Positions 47,641 to 57,390 of a stretch of 64,000 nt of DNA are shown here, in pieces. The notes below the pieces were generated by a model that worked only from the letters and a program-made list of their open reading frames with translations, did no database searches and was not told the origin of the DNA. How positions within the stretch are numbered: the stretch's first letter is position 1; each line of letters begins with the position of its first letter. A program made the translations under genes and the position numbers. The stretch is from Macrostomum hystrix (taxonomy: Eukaryota > Animalia > Platyhelminthes). The stretch lies in assembly GCA_950097015.1 (NCBI GenBank), contig CATNEN010000034.1, positions 2,728,001-2,792,000 of the forward strand, written 5' to 3'.

Positions 47641-48436
47641 TATTGACTGCAGCCAATTGATCCCTGCGCGTATGGACTCACTGACGACTATTCAACTGCG
47701 AGCTGAATGCAGGAAGCAGCTGAACTGCTCGGCAGTGAAGAGAGGCCTCACACCTGCTCATCAGCTCACCTGTTGCCAACTGCGAAGGCGCCAGCGCTGC
47801 CGATCATGCTGCTCGAACAGGTCAGAAGAAAACGCCGCGACACGCGCGAGTCCTGCTATGAAAGCTAGGAAACCAAATCGGAGCTGTCTACAGAGAGCTG
47901 GGGCGACAGGAAATTGTGTCTTTATTCTATGTGGTTTAGAAGGCTTGGTCTAAGCAGACACACACACCCACACTGGAGAGAGAAGCAGATAAAAGAGCTG
48001 GTTAAGAATTACTGAGTTAGTTAGGCGCAGCACAATGTCTCAAACTTCACCACCGAGTGAGGCTGTGAGTAGTGGAGCTGGGCTGAGTAGGTAGGTTTTT
48101 TTTTAAAAGAAACTAAAATGCATATCTAGTGACTCCGTGTGGTTCATTGTTCATGGTCACTGGACAGACAGAAAAATATGCTTAGCTAATTGGCTGCATT
48201 TGCGGTGTTTTTGTTAATATTTTTAAGAAATATAATTTACTAAATTGAAACAAAGTAGCAAAGTACGAGAACATATTCTTCAATTATCGTTTTGTGTCTC
48301 ACAAAACTTAATTATCAAGCTATTGAGCACAAAGTGACTGTTATTTTACTCATAATTACAAGTTATATATTTTTGCTAATCTGGACATTCCGTTTAGGCA
48401 TTGAAATCTGAGCAGATTGATCAAGGCGGTCTGTCA

Positions 48437-51400
48437 TCAGGCGTAGAAGACACCGCTGCAGGAACCGGCTGGGCGGACCATGCCCGACCCTGCCGGACAG
48501 CTGAATGTCTGCGCGAACTCCGGCATAGTCGACAGGATGCCGTTCACCCTGTGGGGATGATTTTTAGGAAGAATGCGATTTCATTGTTTGTGCATTGCAG
48601 GGAGATTTACAAAATATATATTTATATCAAATTATTTGTAGAGCGTTGAGTAGATAATTGGTAGACTGTTAGTTAGATATCTGGTAGACTGTTAGGTAGA
48701 TACCTGGTAGACTGTTAGGTAGGTATCTGGTAGACTGTCTGGTAGATATCTGAGTAGATTAGGTTATTCGATAGGGGGTCGGTGGCACAGCGGTTAACGC
48801 GTTCGATTAGTTCGTTAAGTTCGATTCCACGTCGAGGCCACATTTATTTGGGGCGCAGCCGCGGAGAGAAGGCTTGGGGGCTTGTCGTGCAATTTACGCC
48901 ATTGAGGGCCAACCTCCAAGGCACAGTAAGGGTGTACACTGCCTGACGATGAGAAAGTCAGGGCAGATGTACACACCTGTGTGAGCGTGTGCCTGCGTAC
49001 AGTATCCGTGTGCGTGTGTGCTCAGGAGTCAGCGAAATGGGCAGAATTGCCTCCTCGCTGGCTGCGGGTCTAGTGTCACCAAATGATGTACCATTGCCCG
49101 CAGCCCTCCTGCAATTATTGTTATTATTATTATTATTCGATGCCTTACTTATTACCCTACTAAAAGCAGCCATTCTAGCAAACTTACAGAGTTTCTTCTG
49201 GCAGTGCCCTCAGCGTCTGCGCCTTGGTGACTGAATACCCAGGATCTCGATTGTAGCAATGGTTCTGCAGTGCGACAGTGCGTTTTGGAAAATTTGTACT
49301 CAATTGTAAAACATGCTTAAAGTTATGCTGGATAGTGGCATGCTTTGAAATAGTAACATCAGACGGGAAGTAGACGAGATGAGAGTGACACCAAGAGTGA
49401 CGAGATGAGAGTGACATACTAGGCGAGACGAGATGAGAGTGACTGCAGGAGTGACGAGATGAGAGTGACTACAGGAGTTACGTGAGGAGAGTGACTGTAG
49501 GAGTGACGAGATGAGAGTGACACCAAGAGTTACGTGATGAGAGTGACTGTAGGAGTGACGAGATGAGAGTGACTGTAGGAGTGACGAGATGAGAGTAAGA
49601 GATACGGCATTAGTGTCAAAGTGAGAGTTACGGGAGAGAACGCGGAGTCACCTGTGCCCAGGCTAAGAAGAATGTCTGGCCCCGAGTGAGACCAGTCAGG
49701 GGCAGCTGCAGCTCGGATCCGCTGAGCAGCTTCAGGTAGGTTCGCATTGCAACCCGCAGGCCGTCAGCCGCAGCGATGATGTTTCGCAGGTGACGCGTGA
49801 TAATGGTGTCAATGCTTACCTGCAATCCAAAATAAGTGGAGGTATGTACGATTTCTGATTAAACCATGAACTACCTGGCTAATAAATAGGTCTCACATAT
49901 TGCGGACCGCTAGGTGTGTTGTAGGGTCCCGCACGCATCACCGAGTAAGTCTGGTTGAGGCAGGTGGCTTGTTGAACGTAGCTCAAGTAGGTCTCTTCTC
50001 TGGACCACAACGGATTAACGGCACCGGTCTTGTCAAATAGCTGGCCTAGATTTGAAACGACAGGATTAAGTTCGTTTCAGAATGATCGATTTGGTATTTA
50101 TGAACTGATTCGCTATCACTGCACTGCAGCTTAGCTCTCATTGACAAAGGTGGGTAGAAAATTTGAGGTGGGTTCATGTCAGTCATGTTCAATGGATGAA
50201 AAATCTCTTTGCATGAGCTATGCGCTGATTGGCTGAGGGAGTTCGCAGAGAAAATTGGGGTGGGTTCACGCCGCCATCCAATCAATGGAAAGTTCGAGCC
50301 TATTGGGGGAAAATAATATATTATCGCTTTATTGGGTAGCTTAGATTAGATTGCCGTTAATGCTGCTGTTCGGTGCAACGAAATTATAGGCAAATCTAAC
50401 AAAAAAATAAATAATAAAAATTAATTACAACTGCCTCAGCTGGGCCAGATGGGCCAGGCAAACAGCACAGCCGCAGCTATTGCGCAGTGCATCTGAAGGC
50501 TGAGTACGGCTGTTTAGTCCATGGCCTGGGGGGACGCCACACCCACCTTCAATTATCCCAGCTGATGCTGGTACCCAGCTGGGTGAACTGAAGCAATGCA
50601 GAGTTAAGTGTCTTGCTAAAGGACACAAATTGTTCCAGTGGAGTCGGGAATCGAACCCCCGACCTTCAAGTCGTGAGAGCGACGCTCTAACCACTAGGCT
50701 ACAACCTCTATTGTTACAACCTCTCCAACCTCTAATGCATTTTTAACAGTAAAACAAAAAGCATTGTCAATTCCGACTGCTCATTAACCTGTAGCATCGA
50801 TGGCTTTAACCAGTTCAGCGGCGATCTTGCTGCCCAGAGTGGCATAATTGAGAAAGTCTGGCAGGCCGCGAGCATAGTAGGGCCATTGCAGAGCTCCAGC
50901 TGGAATGGTTAGGCGCACCTTGTTCAGGTGCAAATTAGTATCGTAGGTGGCCCCGTCCCAGGCGTTTCTATCGGGCTGCTTGCCTAGCAGGTTGCTCTGT
51001 GTCTCGCGGTTCAGATTCTGATAGCTCATTGCCAGCTGCAGCAGGTAGTCATTGTCTCCAACGCTGAGCTGATCGATTTGGGTTGATAAATTTAATTAGA
51101 GAGGTGAAGCAGCCAATGATACCTTTTTATCTGCGGTTCAATCATTTTACCTTGTCGTAGAAATTGTCCAAGTACGAATTCGACACCTCGGTATCTGAGT
51201 AGCCAATCAGATCCACTATGGCACTAATCTTCTCTTTTGATTTAGTTTTCTCTTCACCAGACAGCCAACTGAGTCGATCAATTGCCGCGGTCAACTCAGT
51301 TTGAAGGGCCTTGTAGATACTGTCAACCTGTATAGGTTTGAGTTGGGTTTGAGTAGGCTGTACAATGCTGAACGTTCTGTCTCAAACTTAATTATCTTCT

Positions 51401-54400
51401 CTAACAACTGGATATGATTTATAACACGTGGATGTCCTGTCTAACATGTGGATGTCCTGTCTAACATGTGGATGTCCTGTCTAACACGTGGATGTCCTGT
51501 CTAACATGTGGATGTCCTGTCTAACATGTGGATGTCCTGTCTAACATGTGGATGTCCTGTCTAACATGTGGATGTCCTGTCTAACACGTGGATGTCCTGT
51601 CTAACATGTGGATGTCCTGTCTAACATGTGGATGTCCTGTCTAACATGTGGATGTCCTGTCTAACATGTGGATGTCCTGTCTAACACGTGGATGTCCTGT
51701 CTAACATGTGGATGTCCTGTCTAACATGTGGATGTCCTGTCTAACATGTGGATGTCCTGTCTAACATGTGGATGTCCTGTCTAACATGTGGATGTCCTGT
51801 CTAACATGTGGATGTCCTGTCTAACATGTGGATGTCCTGTCTAACACGTGGATGTCCTGTCTAACATGTGGATGTCCTGTCTAATATGTGGATGTCCTGT
51901 CTAACATGTGGATGTCCTGTCTAACATGTGGATGTCCTGTCTAACATGTGGATGTCCTGTCTAACATGTGGATGTCCTGTCTAACATGTGGATATCCTGT
52001 CTAATATGTGGATGTCCTGTCTAACATGTGGATATCCTGTCTAATATGTGGATGTCCTGTCTAACATGTGGATGTCCTGTCTAACATGTGGATGTCCTGT
52101 CTAACATGTGGATGTCCTGTCTAACATGTGGATGTCCTGTCTAACACGTGGATGTCCTGTCTAACATGTGGATGTCCTGTCTAATATGTGGATGTCCTGT
52201 CTAATATGTGGATGTCCTGTCTAACATGTGGATGTCCTGTCTAACATGTGGATGTCCTGTCTAACATGTGGATATCCTGTCTAATATGTGGATGTCCTGT
52301 CTAACATGTGGATATCCTGTCTAATATGTGGATGTCCTGTCTAACATGTGGATATCCTGTCTAACATGTGGATGTCCTGTCTAACATGTGGATGTCCTGT
52401 CTAACATGTGGATGTCCTGTCTAACATGTGGATGTCCTGTCTAACATGTGGATGTCCTGTCTAACATGTGGATGTCCTGTCTAACACGTGGATGTCCTGT
52501 CTAACATGTGGATGTCCTGTCTAACATGTGGATATCCTGTCTAATATGTGGATGTCCTGTCTAACATGTGGATATCCTGTCTAATATGTGGATGTCCTGT
52601 CTAACATGTGGATGTCCTGTCTAACATGTGGATGTCCTGTCTAACATGTGGATGTCCTCTCTAACATGTGGATGTCCTGTCTAACACGTGGATGTCCTGT
52701 CTAACATGTGGATGTCCTGTCTAATATGTGGATGTCCTGTCTAATATGTGGATGTCCTGTCTAACATGTGGATGTCCTGTCTAACATGTGGATGTCCTGT
52801 CTAACATGTGGATGTCCTGTCTAACATGTGGATGTCCTGTCTAACATGTGGATATCCTGTCTAATATGTGGATGTCCTGTCTAACATGTGGATATCCTGT
52901 CTAATATGTGGATGTCCTGTCTAACATGTGGATGTCCTGTCTAATATGTGGATGTCCTGTCTAACATGTGGATGTCCTGTCTAACATGTGGGTGTTCAGA
53001 AAGGGACTCACACTCTGCTTAACAGAAAAAGGCAGGTGTTCGCTGACGAATAGTCCGCTGACTGCGTGTCGCATAAAGTGCCGAGTCTTTCTGAAGCAAA
53101 AGTCAAATCGGTTCTCGTACACGTAGGGCCTGGTGGACAAGACCATTTCAAACTCGCGCCTAGCGTGAACATATCCACTAGAGAGGTCACTGACGTGGCG
53201 GCTGATGATGCGCCAGTTGATGTAGTTGCTCAGCTTCCTTGAGAGCGGATTGGCCGGGAAATCAACAATGGATTATAGAACACGTAGGTAATCTATTGAT
53301 AATCCAACATAAAAAAACTGACACTAGACCAGCAGCCAGCGAGGAGGCAGTTCTGCCCATTCCGCTGACTCCTGAATGAGTGACATCATTCACATCAGCA
53401 CACACGCACACAGTTGTTTACACCTGCCCTGACTTTCTAACCGTCAGGCAGTGTACACTCTCAGCCTTGGAGGTTGGCCCTCAAGGGCCTCAATTAGATG
53501 ACAAACCCCTAAGCTTTCTCTCCGCGGCTGCGCCCCAAATGAATGTGGCCTCGCCGCGGAATCGAGCTCAGGGACCTTGGCGCGAGAGACAAACGCGTTA
53601 AGCGCTTTGCCACTCAACCCCGTCAAAGAGGTTTTTTGAGATCGGTACAATGACTAGGTTATCTGTCCATCAAAAAAGCCATTTTACAAATAGTTCAGTG
53701 CTACACCTTTTGTACTCATCCGGACTCAGAGCCAGTACCCGGAGGAACGTCACCATCTTGTTAAGGTAGTCGGGGTCCTGTACGGCAACTTTGGTGCTGC
53801 CAGGTGCGTTGGGATGAAAGGAAACATTGAAGAAGCTGGCGAATTTGATTGGGTTGTAGGTGAAGTCCAATGCGCTCAGAGCTACCATGTTGTTCGGGTC
53901 CAGTGGGGGCTTCTCAGGACTCACTGCGCTGTCCGCAATCTGGGAGAATGGGGGACATTTGATGCATCATGTTGGACAGTTGAGAATGTCGTGTTCAGCC
54001 AGTTTTTGGCGTAGATGGGACAGTTGGCCTCTAAAATCCGTGGGATCCTGAGACTCACCCTTGCCAGTTCAGTCTCGACCTCCATGACATCGGCGACGAA
54101 CTGGTCCACCCTGGCCAGCGCACCCGACTGTTCAAGCTTGCCTGGCTCCGCGTCCGCCTGCAGGAAAGCTGCCACATTGCGAATGTAGCTGGTATACGCG
54201 TCCCGGTGCTTGACGCTGGTATCCTAGCAACCGTGAGTGCGTAGATTCTGTGTAATTTGTGCTCAATATTATCTATTATAGGCGAACTTACATCATCCTT
54301 CAGGTAGGACGAAGCTCTCATCTCGATTCCACCGCGGTTGATCTGAAGATGTTTAGAAGATTATTATCTCAGGAATAGGTGACAAGCGCATCTGCATAAC

Positions 54401-55309
54401 CTAGGTGATGAGTGTTAACTATTGTGCCAAAGTTCCTGGGCTCGAATCCGCTGAACGATTCGGCCGAAAGAAGCTTGTGGAGGGGTAGTACAGTGGTAGT
54501 GTACACTGCCTGACAAAGTTAAAGTCAGTGGAATGTCGCTAAATGTTAGTCTGTGCCTACAGACCACTCACCGAAATTGTGTACTTGTCATTGTCCAGGA
54601 AGTTCTCAGTGACCAAGTACTCAAAGAAAACGTCTGCGCCGTACTCCATGTAGGCCCGGGTGATCATCACGTTCAGATCGAAGCCGTTCACATTGGATGC
54701 ATTCAGCAGGTAGAGATCGGACGAGAGAAACTGCGCCAAGATGGCACCCCGGTAGCGTTCTGTTGTGAAATCGTTGGTGCAGATGGCAAAGTAGGTCTTC
54801 ACTTTGCGCTCGTACGAATTCGGCGAGTTGCGCAGCACCGGACTGCGCAGGATCTCCTCCAGGCGGTCTTCGTTCTCCCTGTCCAGCTCGCTGGGGATGG
54901 TCCTCTCCTGAAGAGACGGGTTGAGGCGCAGCGCGTACGGTGCCAGGCCGCAGGCGTAGCGATAGAAGTCGTCACAGGCGCTGGCGCTGGTGTTGGCGAG
55001 GCCCAAGCTGCCGGCAGCCCGCAGCATGCACAGCTGCGTCTGGCAGGTGGCGCCAAGGCCTCCGCTGCCGCCGCCGCCACTGGCGCTGCCTCCGTGAGTA
55101 GCCGCCAAGGCGATGACGAGAATGAACATGACGAATAACAGACTGACTGTCACATTCTCGAGGAGAGTGTGATTGTTGGGATCCAGATAATATTTCACGC
55201 GTTGCCAGATGTCCCCGCTGCTGCCGCCGTCACCTCTCGGAGCAGAGCCGCTGCTACCACTGCCGCGGTTGGTATCAAACTCAACGTTGATCGACTCTGC
55301 GCTCGCCAT
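48437..55309 (-). CDS. M13 (neprilysin/ECE-like) type II membrane protein, predicted non-catalytic; 11 exons, 791 aa
   Basis: Exons 55309-54572, 54342-54292, 54223-54059, 53939-53707, 53237-53012, 51327-51151, 51068-50789, 50045-49897, 49819-49652, 49264-49188 and 48548-48437 are all GT-AG and phase-compatible. TM helix, SACDDFYRYACG, NYINWR, IGYSD, IPAGALQWPYY, QTFFLAWAQ, VNG..PEFAQTFSC. Confidence 0.88.
48772..49092 (+). mobile_element. tRNA-headed SINE, family 2 (in M13 intron 10)
   Basis: A-box-like TGGCACAGCGG, B-box-like GTTCGATTCC, body GAGGGCCAACCTCCAAGGC..CTGACGATGAGAAAGTCAG..GCCTCCTCGCTGGCTGC shared with the 53322 and 62512 copies. Confidence 0.8.
49375..49600. repeat. Degenerate array of about 27 bp (GAGTGACGAGATGAGAGTGACTGTAG), M13 intron 9
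   Basis: Visible periodicity. Confidence 0.85.
50415..50708 (-). mobile_element. SINE family 1, full-length copy in M13 intron 7
   Basis: Reverse complement closely matches 16220-16530, including the A and B boxes and the core. Confidence 0.88.
51423..52990. repeat. 20-bp array (CTAACATGTGGATGTCCTGT), about 78 copies, M13 intron 5
   Basis: Visible periodicity; very homogeneous. Confidence 0.97.
53322..53622 (-). mobile_element. SINE family 2 copy (M13 intron 4)
   Basis: Reverse complement matches the 48772 element and keeps a more complete tRNA-like head. Confidence 0.8.
54432..54530 (+). mobile_element. Partial SINE family 2 copy (M13 intron 1)
   Basis: GGGCTCGAATCC followed by GTGTACACTGCCTGAC..AAAGTCAG. 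Confidence 0.5.
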
Positions 55310-56373
55310 TCTGAATGATATGGCCAGTTTAGAATGCTTTAGGGCTCTACTAGAACGAGCAAGCCCGCTAAATCAAAATTTGTCACCTTTTCAATAAAGA
55401 AATCGCATCAGTTAGCAGCTTATCTGTAGAGGGTTTGATTTGATAATAGAGTCAAAATCGCGTTTACCCCCTGAAGATTTGAACTCGTGGCATAAGATAA
55501 GAGTTGGGAGTCACATGCGTCTAGCTCTGACCCACTCAGTACCATGCGGCCTCCATTTCTCTCTTATCAATCTGGATTTACTTTCATTGCTTTCATTCTC
55601 TCTGCTGCTCTCACTCTTATTGAAACTGAGTCTTCTCCACCTCTACAAGAGAGATCACGCATTCTACCCTACCAAGGTTTGAGCTCTCTCAAAATTGAAC
55701 TTTCGACATTAAACTAGCGAATGCCAATATAATTGGAAAGCAGTAAGCAAGTCATTGTGCTGTTTACAGTTAATAGTTCACGTAAAAACTTAATAGGAGA
55801 AGTTATAGATGAAATTTAGCAACAACCCGCGCCGCGCAGGCGATGGCTATTTGAAGGACAAATTTCAGGCTACGGTCTCACCATTCCCAAGCCGTTCATA
55901 GGGCTAGAAACCATAAAACTCCAGTCCAAAATACTGGCTGCTGGTACTCAAGCCTACAATCCATATGGTATTGCATCCTTCAACGCACTTAAAGTATATT
56001 TCATACCTTCCTCTCTGCGAGGCCTTCCTAACTCAGACAAACTGGCCTGTGCGCCAACAGGTGGCTCTGCGGGGCAAAAAAGTCTGGACTCCCATTGTTT
56101 TTTAGCGATTGTCTCTTTGCTAGCAACTGCCTCTAGCCTCCACTAATTATAGGGATTGATATGGTGTCACACTATAGCCATGGTAACGCGACTCCTGTGT
56201 TTCATTTAGGAAGAAATAGGAAGCAATACTTGCTCAACTCTCTCACTGGCGACGGTACAGTGCTGCTATGGCTAGTTATGGGAGAGAGGAGAGGCAACGC
56301 GCCTTTAAGAGGAGATGCTAACGACGGGCAAGTCCAAACTAGAAGGGAACCACCGGCACAGCCCAGCCCAGGG

Positions 56374-57390
56374 ATGAAGTTCTGCGCCACAGGTGCTTGT
56401 CTATTCTTGGTCGCTGCCCTTGCCGCAGCCGACACAACTGTCCGCATGCGATCAGAGCCGACCTGTTCTCAAGCCATGATAAATGCCACCGCCTCCGTCC
56501 CCGCCCCAGCGCCGGGCTCTCCGGCCGAGCTCCGCGAACTCTCTGGCGTCAGCGACGCTCGAGTCTGCTCGGTCGAGTGCGCTGTCTGGTCGCAGTGCGT
56601 CTTCGCCAGCTACCGGCCGGGCAACCGAACCTGCCTGCTGGGCAACCTCGGCGCCTGGCAGCCCTGCTCCGTTCAGTCTCTAACGGTGATGCGCAAGCCG
56701 ACGCCGCCGACGGCTCTACTGTCGCGCCTGCTCGCGCTGTACAATTTCCGGTTCGGCCTGGACAACTTGGTAGCCGATGTTGCTCCGGGAACCGCTCTGC
56801 CGTCGGCTGTCGCGACCCCTGCCGCAAATTTCATCTATGGCCGAGGCATTCAGCTGCCCGGCTTGTTCACCTCCTACATGGAGGTCAACATGACTGGACT
56901 TGGAGGTCGCCCACTTAGCCGCTCAGGTAGAGCCACCTTTTACGCAACGATGGTGCCAGACTTTTCACCGGTTGGCATTGTAGTCCACACTGTGTTTAAC
57001 AACAGCTACCTTCCAGGAAATACATTGAATCATAGCGGCCGCTGGTATTTTGACACGCTCGGAACAGGAGAGGCGAAATTTGAAGCGCACGATCTTGCTC
57101 CACTCGTCTACTCCAGCCCCAACGGTATAAACCAGCTGGCTCCAGCCGGCACAGCGCAAAGCGTTGCCGTAGTTTTCGATTCCACCAACGTAGCCAAGTT
57201 CTATCTCAATGGCGCTTGGGTGGCCGCAGTGCCAACAACATCCACCGCTGCGGTCCAGGCCAAGGGCGAAGAAACGCTGCGAATCGGACACGATCCGATT
57301 AGCCCGTTCGCCGGCCTGATGCTCTGCTATGCGGTGGCCGCTGACAACCTGACGCTGATGGAGTTGCAGCAGATGGACAAAGTGTGTTGA
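56374..57390 (+). CDS. Intronless secreted protein, PAN/apple-like plus concanavalin/LamG-like domain, 338 aa
   Basis: Signal peptide MKFCATGACLFLVAALAAA; CSVECAVWSQCVFASY..TCLL (PAN cysteine pattern); VAVVFDSTNVAKFYLNG..LRIG..FAGLM (LamG-like). Confidence 0.8.
   Translation: MKFCATGACLFLVAALAAADTTVRMRSEPTCSQAMINATASVPAPAPGSPAELRELSGVSDARVCSVECAVWSQCVFASYRPGNRTCLLGNLGAWQPCSVQSLTVMRKPTPPTALLSRLLALYNFRFGLDNLVADVAPGTALPSAVATPAANFIYGRGIQLPGLFTSYMEVNMTGLGGRPLSRSGRATFYATMVPDFSPVGIVVHTVFNNSYLPGNTLNHSGRWYFDTLGTGEAKFEAHDLAPLVYSSPNGINQLAPAGTAQSVAVVFDSTNVAKFYLNGAWVAAVPTTSTAAVQAKGEETLRIGHDPISPFAGLMLCYAVAADNLTLMELQQMDKVC

Noticed and set aside
48941-48961. Hammerhead-like CTGACGA..GAAA in SINE family 2
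   Set aside because: No stem II fits between CUGACGA and GAAA, and the CUGAC instead pairs with the downstream GUCAG.
54533-55138. 201-aa + strand ORF and other antisense ORFs over GC-rich exons (for example 6266, 10424, 21494, 28484, 30909)
   Set aside because: Shadow frames opposite well-supported genes.
56161-56373. 71-codon N-terminal extension of the PAN-LamG ORF
   Set aside because: The signal peptide begins at ATG 56374 and codon style changes there; the upstream part is probably UTR.
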